Assembly (NCBI RefSeq): GCF_038025025.1
Contig: NW_027117348.1
Span: 558,001-622,000, forward strand
From: Phyllosticta citribraziliensis
Taxonomy: Eukaryota
DNA: 64,000 nucleotides
Direction of reading: 5' to 3'
Positions within the stretch are counted from its first letter, which is position 1; each line of letters starts with the position of its first letter. The notes beneath the pieces were generated by a model. It was not told where the DNA came from. It worked only from the letters and a program-made list of their open reading frames with translations, and made no database searches. This document shows, piece after piece, positions 36,570 to 49,200 of this stretch. The position numbers and the translations under genes are program-made.

Positions 36570-38316
36570 AAGAGCCTCGGCCTCAGAGGTTTGAGGACGC
36601 CACAACCGCTCGCGACGCCCCGCCGCAACGCACCTGGCAAAGAAGAACAAAGTAAAACGGCCTCAGATAGTGTCTTTTGAAGTCACGCCTGGCATCGCCA
36701 GGTCATTCTCTTCCTATTATGAAACGCACGATACCAAAGGCATCGTGTCATCACTGGCCTGTCGAAGGAAAGACCTGGTGTTGGGCGCCAAAGAAAAATC
36801 CTTTAACACGCAGCGAGCGCCCGGGCCTGCGCCTGCGGCGCGCAACAACTTTTGTCCTCGATACGCCGACGTTGCTCCGGTGGGCGCAACACAAAAGTCC
36901 GCCAAATCGATCGCCTCTTCCTCTTCTTCTTTTTTTCCTTCTTTATAACCAGTGCGGTTCGAGAAAACTCTCCTCGTGTTACTTGCCCTGACCTCGCGCG
37001 GAGCCCTTCACGGGGCAGCTCGCTGTGAACTCCAATGGTCGAAGCAAGCGTCAGTCTTCTCGCAAAGAAAACATATTGCACACCGGTCGCCAAAACACTT
37101 TGCATCAGCTGCCTGGTTAACCCCCAGTGGCTGGCGTTGGCAGTGGGGACCGGACAAACCTTCAGTAGCCTTTAACATCTGATTTTGAACGCGTTTGAGA
37201 GCGTTGTGGGCGTGTCTGCGCTGCGCGCGCGGCAGTGCCGAGGATCGCAATTTTCTCGCACTGTCTGCCCACCCGTTGCGTCTACGCCTGCAGAGCCTCG
37301 TGCGCATCACTTTGAGCGTCGTTTGGGCTGCTTGATTGCCGGCCGAGTCCAACATGACTGACGCGGAAGCGATTTTTGCGTCAGATTCTGCCGCGGTCCC
37401 AAAAGACCAACATGAACACCAGCTGCGATGTTCCAACAAAGTTCCTCGTCCCGCTGTGGCGCGCCATGGATGTGGACGCGTCTGAGCGCCACTGTATGCC
37501 GTGGAAGACTTGGTGGCATGAAAGAAAAAAATGTGCCTTGCTTCCATGTGCCGACGATATAAACAACAACAACAACAATGGCCACTCACTGCACAAGCGA
37601 CCCCAGCCCTCCGTCCTTCCCCAGCCTCTCAACCAGCAGGTCAGACAGACAGAAGTTGTGCACAAGTGACGTCCCTGTTCCGATCTTCCCTGCTCCATGG
37701 GCGGTGGCAGTACACTACACCACACCACATGCATGCATGCACACACAGCAGCCAGTCTATTTCGAGCCACCCAACCACGCAGCACACGCCGATGCGAATA
37801 TCACACTCTGTCAAGCTCTGAATGGAACCAAAAGCTCCGGCCGGCCGGGACGGCGGCGCTGCTCGGGTCCACCGAGCCAGTGCAAGCAAGCCAACCGAAA
37901 TGTTGCGTAGCAGTAAGCGGCAGGGCAGCTAGCTACGTACTAGGGACAGAACAGGGCACGCCATCCGCGTGTGCGGACCAAACGGATATTAGTTTGCATC
38001 TCACGACTCCCGGCGGGCGCGGGATGCTGATGGGGGATGATGGCTAAAAATAAGCTGGCCGGATGCGAGACGACGACATGAACAACACGTGCCGTGGCAG
38101 CTGCTGCACCAGTGCAATATTACGACCACCATCGTGGACGACCTCTATACGGCCAGTTGTGCTGACGGCGGAGACAGTGCGCGTGCTGTGCTAAACATGG
38201 CAGACGCTTTTTTTGTTCTTGGTTTAATCGTAACCCCACCTCCATCCACATCCAATGCAACCGCCGTCATGGTCGTCTCTGACTTTGTGTTGCTCGCTAT
38301 CCCTTCACCTCTCGTC

Positions 38317-39420
38317 CTAAGCCTCGTCGTGGCCAATCTTCTCCAGCTTGCCCATGTCGCGCTTCTCGCCCGACTCTCCTATTAGCCGGATGCGGTCCAG
38401 GCGCACCTTCTCGCCGTCGCCCTCGCCGTCGACGACGAACATGACGACCGACGTGATGTTTTGGAACTTGACGAAGCGCAGCTCGAGCTTGGCCGTGCCC
38501 GTCTGCGCATCCCAGTCCTCGGGCTTGATGGTGACTTGCTGCGTGACGGGAATGTCGTCGGCCTCTTCGAAGCCCAGGTTGTGCGCGCGGTTGGTGAAGA
38601 GCTTGATGGTGCGCGGCCGCATTGGCGCCTCGTCGTCGTCGTCGTCAGACGTGCCCGGAATCGACGTGAGGTGAATCGTATGCAGCTTGAGCGTGCTCTG
38701 GAAGGGGATGAACAGCATCAGCTGCTCGTCCGTGTCGCTCTCGACCCAGTCGCGATCCGTCGACGCGGCAGCCTTGCCCTTGCCACCCAGGCTCGACGGC
38801 TTGCTCGTCTCAAACAGCGTGCGCGCTCCTCCGGCCGCCTCGGTGTCCGCATTCAACAGGTCCAATCCCTTGACGTCGACCTGGTCCGTCACGTCGCCGT
38901 AGCCGCGCGGCAGGGAGGCGCCCACCCATCCGCTGGAGCTCGATCCGCCCACGTCGCCAAACCCGCCGGCCGACGACGTCGACTCGGCTTCGGCGGCCAG
39001 CTTCTTGACAGCTTCCGAGAGGTCCTTGCCGTTGGCACCCTTTATGCGCGAGACCTCGCGGCCGTTCTTGAGGATGAGGAAGGTCGGCATGGCGGTGATG
39101 TTGTAGCTTTGCGCCACCTGCTGCTGGGCGTCGGTGTTGACCTTGGTGAAGGTGATGACGTTGGGCCGCGAGAGGGAGCGAGCCAGCTGCTCGTAGACTG
39201 GGGCGATGGCTTTACATGGTCCGCACCAGTCGGCGTAGACTGGGACATGTCAGTACAGCTTCACGCACGCGTTGCGGGAGCAGCCGTGAGGCCATGGCGG
39301 GGGCGGGGTAGTGGACGAGGTCGAGGTCAAGGGCTGGCACTTACAGTCTATGACGACTATGCGCGAGGACGAGAGGAGCGAGGATAGTTGCGAGGGCGAC
39401 TCGATGGATACTATCGACAT
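38317..39420 (-). CDS. txl1: Thioredoxin-like protein with C-terminal PITH domain (TXNL1/Txl1 type, proteasome-associated); intron 39240-39344
   Basis: VVIDFYADWCGPCK thioredoxin active site formed across the intron; PITH motifs ESDTDEQLMLFIPF, PRTIKLFTN, LGFEEA and LRFVKFQNITS. Confidence 0.93.
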
Positions 39421-42400
39421 GTTGGGAAATCTAAACGATGTTGATGTTTTGTCGAAACTGGAAGCTGAGGCTGATAAGACGCGTTGAAGTCGGCCGGGGA
39501 CCCGGACGGCGAGCTGGAGCTTACCTACCAGCTGCACCGGTCCGCCGTTTTTCCTGGTCTGCCCCGCAACACCAACACCTCGAATCGACATCTCACGCCA
39601 ACGCTTCTTGTTTCTCTCGGATCATTGGAGGCCAAGCTGTAACACTATCCTCGTCCCTCCTTTTGCGTCGCTGGAGCCTCAATCGACTTCTTCACTCTCC
39701 TCGTGGTGCCTATCCACAACCTTCTCAGTCCCGTCCATCACAACACGTCGAAATTCATGCAATTCGTTTCCTTTTCGAGCTGTCCCTTGCGCTACCTCCC
39801 ACGCAGATGAAGCCTTGTCCGCGTTACATTTTGTTGCCCTCGGATTACGGAAGTACTCCTGGAGAGGTGACCCCCGACCGATGATGTCATGGCCATAGAG
39901 CTCGCCCAAATCCAAGCACGTCCTCCTGGGCGTTGCAAATCCTCAGGATGCAAAACTGGACCGGCATCATCACGGCCACGCAAGGTTCAAGACTCAAGTC
40001 ACGCTGACATCACTTGGGATGCGACAGCCACAAGAAGTCCAGACTCGGAGCTAGCAGGATGGTCCCCAGAATTCTGGATCTCGGGGCTTCTTCAGCTGCC
40101 TCGCGAGATTCCTCTAGGCCCAGCCAGGTGGGAAGAGAGCACCGCCATTTCTCCACTACCTCGACGAGGCCTGGCCAGGAGCTGTACTGGCGGGCATCTT
40201 CCTGGACCGTCACGTGAGACTGTGGCTTTGGTGTTGACAGCAATAGAAGCAGCGTGCACAATTTTCACAAATACTTCTTGCTCTTGGTGCTTTGCGGCGT
40301 CTGTGGCCGGTGGACTGAACGGCAAACTCCATTCTGGGTACATCCTGAAGCAAAAGCTCACTCTAGACCGCAGGCTCTCCACGACGGGCATCTTCCCGTG
40401 CATCTCTTCCATCCACAACGTCATTTCGTAACTGAGAACATTTCTCAAAGGCAGGCGTGCGGTAGGGCTGCATCGTCGCGACGGACAAGGGCCGAAAACA
40501 CAAGACAAGCATCCCTCATGTTGTCTCTACCCACCAAGGCTAGAGACGACGTTGCTGCACGTCACGGCGGACCTGAAACATGGCGCACTGGCAGTGATTG
40601 TGCCAATCTCAGAGGCGCCGTCTCTTCGAAGCGTGCCGCCACACCAACACCAACTTCACGGTACCCGTTCCACTACGTACGACCTCACGCCGGCTGAATC
40701 CTTCCCGAAACTGCTTCCCAGACGCGACGCCATGGCGTCCAGCACTGCAAAAAGCACTATATGATGCGTACTTCGGATCTGGCTACATTGTGGCGCCTGC
40801 CACTTGCTCTCAATCAGGGTCTTTGCCTGCATTTCAGCTCAAGGCGTCACGCCACAGCAGCACATCCCTCACCTTGATGCCCTCCAGGATCATTTCTTCT
40901 TTGACGACTCCACTCTGCCGCTACACCTTGTGGGGCTTCGCGCGCGGCAGCTAGGGAATTCCCCAGCGGATTTGCATCAAGGTGACGAGGTCGGACTCAC
41001 GAATGCTCCTTGCCCTGCTAGTTGACTATTTAGGTGCCGGCTGCGACCTAATCTCACGGCCGCGGTGCCGCGCCGCTGGCGCTGTCAATCATCCTTCCGG
41101 ATAGACCAGACTACCTGGCCTAAAGTAGTCAATCTACTTATCGACTCTGGCCTCTTTCGCTAGTCGGCCTGAGAGATCCTTTAGATACACCATCCAGCGT
41201 GGCTATGGTGGGAGGCTGCACCATCCGTTCCGTACATTGATTTATCGACGAGCCGATCATTAGATCCATTCAATGTGGGCAGGACGCCGAGCCGTGGATT
41301 CAATCCTTCATCCATCTTTGCCATCAAAGCCAGCTGTTGCCTGCTGTTCCGACGCGGATACGGATCGCGGCATGCCAATGTCTCTTCTCAGACCGAGGCT
41401 ATACATCTGTTGATCACAAATGTTGGATTCGGCACCGCAGTTGGCTTGTTTCAGGGCTTCTGCGCTGGCCACGGGTCATTGTGTGTATTGGTGCCAGCCT
41501 GCATCGATACCGTAGGCCACGCCTCGTGCTCGGAACCAACGCGCGGTCTGTCAGCTGCAGCAGCGGGCGTACGTGTCGATGGTGCGAAGATCTTCCTCCT
41601 CTCGAGAACGCTGGGGTTCCGCCGCACCCGAGCAGCCGGAAAGACGTCTATTCTTTTGCCCGGCTCTTCGGTAAGTCATGCATGCAAGTCGTCCGTTAGG
41701 ATCGTGTCAGACGGTGGTCTTTTCCTTCTTTTGCTTTTTTGTCTTGTCTTCGTTTCTTTGCTTTTCCCGTCTCGCCCCTCCTTCTGTCCGTCCGTCCGTG
41801 TCATGCTCGCTGCCCCCGTTTTATCTGTGTCGTGCATAACCCGCACGACACGCGCCCCGGCCAAGCCAAGCCGTCAAACACTTGCCCTGACGAGCTCATG
41901 GACGAAAAGGCAACCATGCAATATTTCTCTCCACCAATGTGTCTGTGCACGGCACGCGCAAAGCTTCAACGCACACGGATTGCCGCTCCGCCGAGTGGGG
42001 TCGCACACATGCAGCGGCGCCGTTGCGACGGGTGGATTGGCATTTGCTTGCTCGTCCTCCGCTCCTCTCCTCTCCTCTCCTCCTCTCGAGGAAACAAAAA
42101 GCAATGGAGACGCAGAAGGGGAAAAGAAAAGGAAAGGCTCGACCAATCAATTCGTTCCTGGTCACCTGCCGCCAGCGTGACATGTTGAATACACAACGTT
42201 GTACGCACACGTAACCAGATGCCTTGCCTCGCCTTGCTATTGCTCGCCTCTGCTGCCGTTTCTGGCTCGCTGCGGCATTTGCTCCTCGTGGTGGTGTGTC
42301 GTACGCATACACAACAATGCCCATCACCCATCATGGAACTGCGTCAGCGTCACCACGTCAAAACAAAGAAAAAGGGCACTTCGAGCCTTTCATCTAGTTG

Positions 42401-45034
42401 ACCTGACTGTCGCCTTTTGTGTGCAATATTTGCTTGTTCTGCTCTGTTCCTACGAGACGGACGCCAGAGCCGTCCTTCATCCGCTGCGACTGCGCGTGGT
42501 TGAGCTCGCTGTCGCCTTGGCCAGCTGGCTGGTTTTGTGTACGGTTGGGGTAAGGTCGGATTGGCGACGACTGGTCGAGTCGTGGAAGCCTTGACTAGCT
42601 GGCTGTGTAGGTTGTTCTGCTCTGGGAATGCAGTCTTTTCCTTTATGTAGCTTTCAGTGGACAGAAATCTGACCTCGCTCCTACCAATTTAATTTCATCA
42701 GCACGCGTCTTCATCTTCATTTCGTCGTGGCAGGTTTTGATTCAATTCTCAACCATGAGACGAAGACCTGGACGGGCATTGTGTGCTAGGTTTACTTCCG
42801 CCCGACGGACGCAACGCATTATCGAACGCTGGCATATCATAGATGTCAAAGTTAGGAGACTCTTTCTGCGATCTCAAGCTTCATTTGTACACCAAAACTC
42901 CCCGGGCTCTAGATCCTCAGCTGTCAAGGCGTTTCAATGCTCGACGCACCGGTCTTTTGCTGTGCTTTTGTCAGTATATTAGCAGTCACAAAAAACGTCG
43001 ACAATGACTTGGGAGTACCTCGATTTTTAGGATGTAAAAGCATCCTGACGATTCAGGCGCCGTTGCGTTACGATGTCACGTTTGATCCTTCAAGTGCAGC
43101 AGGCTGGTTTTGGACACGAAAGAGAATCTTGTGTTTTGAGAGTGTACGCGTGCAGGAGTCCATCTCCAACCTTTTTCCACAACGCCGTCGAATGCTCTAT
43201 CTTTCAATTCAATCATCCCAATTACTATCACGTAACCATTAATTGGTTCCATGAGCTAGCTCTACATGTATTCTTGCTGAAATGACTATGTCAGGAACAT
43301 GTCCCGACATGAGTCTCATGTGCTGACCACGTCTGCAACAATCGACTTCAATGTTCCGGCTCTTCCGTGAACACTGTCCATCGAAGCAACATCGGTTCGT
43401 GGATACTTGGGCCAGAGGAAAGAGCCATCTACCGAAGCGCTCATATCTTCAAGCGTATCCGGTTTTGCTTGGGCGACTCGCGGAAACTGGTCAACTACGC
43501 TGTCCGCGTGCAATTCTCGCAGAGAATTCGGAAACCTCTGCCCGCAGTATTCAAGCCTGTGAGATTATCAAAATTTGGCGTGAGTCCGACGTAATGATGC
43601 CCACTATGCTGGATGCCTGTCCAAAGCTTGTGCGCCAGGTATAAACAATGCAATCGCGCACAAAAATTCGACATGCAGACAATCGCGACGATCAAAGCGC
43701 ACGCAGCTCGCGATCCATATAGCTGCAATCAAACAACAACACCATGGCCAGCCGTCCTTCAAAGCACTGCAGCCGTACGGGGTCTAGAATAGAACATTCG
43801 TCGTCAAAATAGAACGAACAGTCGTCCAGCTGCCCTCAGCCATTTCCTGGGACGTGGGATGAAACGAGATGAAGGGAGAGACGGGTTTTGTTGAGCCTGG
43901 GCCAGACGTTCGTCCGTCTGAGGTCTGAACGACTTCATCTCATTTCAACGCACCGCCACGCAGCGGCTGGACCCGTCCGTCCGTCCGTCTGTCAATCTGC
44001 CCGCGCCGCCTGTACCGCCCGTTTGGTCCAGCCTTTTGCCTGCCTGCCGTCGTCATCGATTGTACTGCCCGACGGCAATTCTTGCACGTTCAGCAGCTCA
44101 TCATCAATCAGTCTGAAGCACGGGCACTCAGCCTGCATCTTGGAATCTGCAGAGGTCGAAGGTACTATCGTCTCTTTCCTTGCCGACTTCCGACTCTGGA
44201 TAGTGAGTGCTGACGACGCCTACACTCAGCAAAAAGATGCCATACCGGCAGTCCATAGCGGGCCCTCCCCGCGAAATAGCCATCTGATCTTGCCCGTCAC
44301 GTCAAAGCATCTAACAGTCACGCCTACTACGTGATTGACACCAAGCAACCGGCTTTCAGCGCGCTCATCTCCATCCACCACCCAAACAGCCGCCAAACAA
44401 GCGCCCATCCACCATCTGTGCATCTGCGCGAATTTTCCAGACACCTTCTAGAAGAGGGTCGTCGTCCGATCCAGCAACTAGTCAGGTCCAGTGCTGCCCA
44501 AGGCCGACCAAGGCGCCTTTCGCGTTCGTCATGGCCTCTTCTGGACGGCGGACTTGTCTGCGATAAGCTGCGCGGTACGCGGCTGCGTCCCGAAAGCTAC
44601 CGCCCGTTCGTGTTGGGTCGCTGCTCATCAGGGTCTGAGAGCGGGCGATGGAGGCGGCGGCGGCATTTCGGAGGTGAGCTCTGTCGAGGCCGCTTGGTGC
44701 TCTGTCTCTCTGTCTGGTGCCCCGGTCTGGAAGGTTTTCCCGTTTGCCGCGAGCCAGTGGTCATGAAGAGCGATGCGCAAAAGAGCCTGGAGTTGTTGCC
44801 GGCAAAACGAGCGCAATGAGGCGTTGGTCTCGTCGCGGGCAGACCTTTTCCGCCACCACAACCTCTGACACTTCAACGACACGCGACCACGCGCACAGTA
44901 AAACAACTCGCGACCACTCGCCTAGGTCCTTTCGCATCGCCGCTCCATCGCGCAGTCGTCCGCGCGTCCGTGCGCCGCTCGTCTCGCGTCGCATCGCGGT
45001 CCCCACACCCCCTCTCCACACACACCCCTGAACG

Positions 45035-45043
45035 AAAAAAAAA
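45035..45043 (-). terminator. Oligo-T (T9) RNA polymerase III terminator candidate for tRNA-Ala
   Basis: First long T-run on the minus strand, about 55 nt downstream of the tRNA 3' end. Confidence 0.5.
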
Positions 45044-45098
45044 CTCAACACCACGCAACCCCAATACTACCCCATCATCTAGACGAAGCAGAAGCTAC

Positions 45099-45219
45099 TG
45101 GATCCGCCGGGAATTGAACCCGGGACCTCTCCCATTCGAGATAGCGTAATCAGAAGCTTCCTGTGAAGGAGAGCTGTTGATGTTGCTAAGGGAGTGTCAT
45201 ACCCCTAGACCACAGACCC
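45099..45219 (-). tRNA. tRNA-Ala (anticodon AGC) with 49-nt intron at 45135-45183
   Basis: Reverse complement GGGTCTGTGGTCTAGGGGTATGACACTCCCTT-AGC-A[intron]TGGGAGAGGTCCCGGGTTCAATTCCCGGCGGATCCA: acceptor stem with the G3-U70 alanine identity pair, A and B boxes, intron after position 37, 72-nt mature body. Confidence 0.95.
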
Positions 45220-46262
45220 GATGTTTCCTGGTGTTGGTAGGATGTTGATGGAAACGTGACGGACAAGAAAGACTATAAACAGTATGCTCGTGCGATGGGA
45301 AAAGCGAAAATACAGATGACTGATTCTTGATCCTAGTTTGCGCGCCGATGGTGCGATTGAATTGCTCGAAAGTTCGAAAATAAATTGGGAAAGGATAGAG
45401 GTGAGAAGAGGAAAGGACTCTCGATGTTGCTTTGCCAGCGGAATTGTGCAATCGGAAAGGAAAAGTGAGCTCCTTGATTTATGTTCGGCCAGCAACCACG
45501 ACTTGCTCGGCTGAGCGACAACCGTGTACAGAAGATTGATCGAGTGACCAATCATGTCCGAGCCAGGTCAAATATTCTTAGAGAAACCAGGTCCAGTCTG
45601 CGGCCACATTATAATCTGCTTTCAATCAGTGGGAAATCGGAAGCTTACCGCTAAAGACATGGCAGGTCCAACATGGGAAGGATAGCAGCAGAGATAGAGG
45701 AAGCATGTGTGTCCCTCAGAGGGATGCATGTTGCACTTGAGCCGATCATGTCTGTCACTACATTTGGCAACATTCAAACGGCGCGGCAAAAATACATAGC
45801 ATACATACATCAGTACAATCATCCACTCATTATTTCATCAATTGATTGCCTTGGACAAGGTCGTTTCCCCTCCTTTCGTTCTACCTGGCCATATCTCTCT
45901 GCCCTAGAGAAAAATTCTCGATTTGCCTTCCTTGCTGAACTCAACTGCTTGACTTGACGGCTCAGCAAAACATTTCTCAACACAGCAAGAAACAGCGTGC
46001 GTCTTTTGGTTTGGAAATGCTGGCACGTATGGCCGAGTCACAGTGGGTGTCGAAAAAAAAATGAGACCTCCCGGGCCTAGCTAGCAACGAACCACGGCGC
46101 CCTACGGGCGTCTGTGAGGGTGGACGACAGCTCCTTGGGCATCACTGTAGCAGCGGATGTATGCCTCTTCAGCATGACTTTACGGGCAGGTGAATGCTCC
46201 CTGGGCGCAACAATGGCAGTAAACGCTTTTCCATTTCTTTCGACGCCCACTATGCAGTCGAC

Positions 46263-49200
46263 TTACAGAGCTTTCAGAGGGGGCAGCTCGCCATCGTAAC
46301 ACACTTGCCATGCTACACGAGTCAGCGACAAATACACCGGACGATTCAGAGATACTCACACAACGGGAAGGGGAAATAGCTGCCGCCATCTTCTCTCATG
46401 TAGACATAAAAGCCACCAGGCCGAGGAACCTTCTTCAAGCGACCCGGGTCACCAGGGGCACGACGCAAGCCGTCGAGCGCGCCGACAGTGCGCAGCATTG
46501 CGGTCAAGGCAACCTGCGACGCGTCTTTACCGAGACATGTGTGCGGCCCGGCGCCGTAGTTGATGTAGCTGTCGAGCGGGCGGTCCACACGCACCGTCTC
46601 GGGGTCGGGGAAGATGGTTGGATCCTTCGCCGCCTTGTCCACAAACGACACAAAGACGTTGTCGCCAGCAGCAATGGGGATGGGGTTAGAGTCAGGCGAC
46701 GAGGCGGGCCCGTCGTTGATTGTCGTGCTGCTGCTCGCGCGGCGATAGGAGCCGAATGTGCCGTTGAGACGGATGGCCTCCATGCAGTAGTGGAGGAGGA
46801 GCTCGTCGGACTCGGGAGTGTTGATTTTGGCAAGGCGGTTGATTTCAGAGAGGTGGGCCGCACCCGCCGGAGAAAGGTAAAAGTCCAGTATCTGAGTAAA
46901 CACTTGCGCCTGGTTCGGAACCATGGCGACAGCAGTCGGGAATACTTGTGACCACGCAACCTGCTCGACGCTGAGGCCAGACTCGAGCAACCGGCGGGTC
47001 ATGTGCACGCCGTACTCCGTCAGGAAGGAGTCGTTCTCACGGAGAGAGTCGGCAACCTTGGCGACCCAGCTGGTCATGGAGACGGATTTGACATTGGCCT
47101 CGATAAGCTTCCCGAGTCCCTTGGCCACGGCCTTTGCAGCAACGTGCAGGGGGAAAGACTTGGCTGGGTCCATGTCGAAGAAGATGCAGATGAAGATGAC
47201 GGCCACGGCCATATACATCTCGTGCTCGGTGAATATGCCCTTGGGATGCTCGGCAGTCTTGAGAGGGAGGGAGAACACGTTGGAAGCAAAGTGGACGTGT
47301 GCCAGATTGCCAACACTGGAGTCGTTAGCACACCCCTGTTGATATTTGGAACGACTCACTCTCTGGTAATGTCAACGTGATTGGTCCCCGCGATCTTGAA
47401 GGACTTTTGGTGCAAGAGCTTCAAGGTTATGTGCTCGTAGAACCTCTTGATATCCCGGTGCCAGTTCTCTCGGTACAGCGTCTTTGCCATTGTCTTTCTC
47501 TGATTGGCATTGAGCGGTGTATCGCCAGACCTAAATATGTCAGTATGAGGCAGACAGCTGGGTTGGAGACTCACAGCATGAAGTTGGCACCACCCTTGCC
47601 CATGAGTTCTTCCAAAGTTGCTCCCCAAGTGACCTTGAAGTTTGCTTGATTCTCCAAAACGGACTTCGCCCCGAGGTAGGACGTGATGTTGATTCTGGGT
47701 TTGATGAGGCCAGGGCGATCATAAGAGTAGTGGCTTTCACGCCCGAGAGTTTGCATGATCTTCCGATTTTCGGAAGGAATGGTCATCTCATGATTCATTA
47801 GCTGTGCCATCAAGACGACCAAGTTGAGGACTCACCGGGTAGTGTGCGTAGATTGAGTTTGGCTTGAAGTGGTTCGGGAAAGATCTGAGAAAAAGCTTGT
47901 AGAAGACACATCCTTGCTCAATGTTGAGGTCGTACTGCGCTTCAGTGTAGCCCCAACTACCACCATGTCAGTCGCGGCAAACGAATGCTCCCAGGTTGCT
48001 TACTTGGTCAAGTTTTTCGCATGGTAGTCGACAGTGTAGAACCTATCGCCGCGAACGAGGACGACTGCATCCGAAAGAATTGCCTTGGAAATGGTGAATG
48101 TCGGGGCAATTCCCACACCAGGAACCATGGGCGTTTTTGCTTCTTCGGTGACTAGACCTGGGTACAGTTCAACAAAGTCGGGATGGTTGTATAGATGGCG
48201 CAACTGATCAGCAACCTTGGGATCACTGTTGATGTCCTCAAAAGTCTCGTGGGGCTTGAGACCAAAGAACTTGCGGAACTCGTTCAATGTAGCCAAGCCC
48301 CACTTCCTCGACTGTTGCATGCCCATGATCTCGACTGCCTTGAGAGCCTTTGGCACGTTGTTTGCCCCAAAAGCACCTACCCATAGTTAATCTGGTGCAC
48401 CGATTTCCTTAGGGGGCACTCACCTGCAGTGTCCTCGATGCTGTCACAAAGAATCTCAACCAATTCATCATCGCTGAACTTGCCGTCAGATCCACGTGAG
48501 AGACCAGCAAACTCTCGCTTGAGGGGATCTGCGGGGAGTGTCTTGTCCCAAAGAGACAAACCAGCAATGAGCTCTCCCATCGAGACCTCTGAAGAAGGCT
48601 TTTTGAAAAGCCGCTGGTATTCCTTCTCGGTCCATTCTTCGTCACGTTTGCTGGTAGCTGAATGCCACCTGTATACGAGGTTAAACTCGGCGCTGACTTG
48701 GTTTCCAATACCACGTGGGGTCCCGTCTGTCCCAAAAACCTTTGCCATGTCCACCCGAGGATCCAGAGTCCAGGTAGTATTGCTCCTGTTGAGATTCACG
48801 ATACTTCTGAGGTAGTCACCCAAAGTGATGTTCATGTATAGTCCGCATGTAATCAACCTGCCAGTTTGAAACAGATCATTGTCGTACTTTTTCCACTTCT
48901 CAGCCAAGTGATCTGGCGACAACCCGTTCGGATTGGGCTTCGTGAATCGTCCATTTTCGTTGATGGCGGCAAGTTGCTCGACGACGTAGTTGTGGAAGCG
49001 GTTGAACATGATCAAAAGGACACCGCACCCAGGAGGGAACCCGAGGAGGCGCTCCTCTGAGAAGCAATCAGGCTTCAATTTGCCATCCTTGAAAGTACGG
49101 ATCTGGTCCTGGTCCTTCTGGGTGTCACCATACAGGGGCGACAGATCGAGGTATGATGACGTTTTGGAAATTGAGATATCTTTGTGGTCTGGAGATACGT

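Noticed and set aside
39900..41030. Possible decayed gene on the minus strand (protein-like fragments such as VVKEEMILEGIKVRDVLLW and YEMTLWMEEMHGKMPVVESL separated by stops)
   Set aside because: No family recognisable and many stops; a tBLASTX search would be needed to call a pseudogene.
41275..42180. 301-aa ORF in the txl1-tRNA interval
   Set aside because: Non-ATG start, Ser/Cys/Leu-rich, runs through simple repeats, no codon bias or motif.
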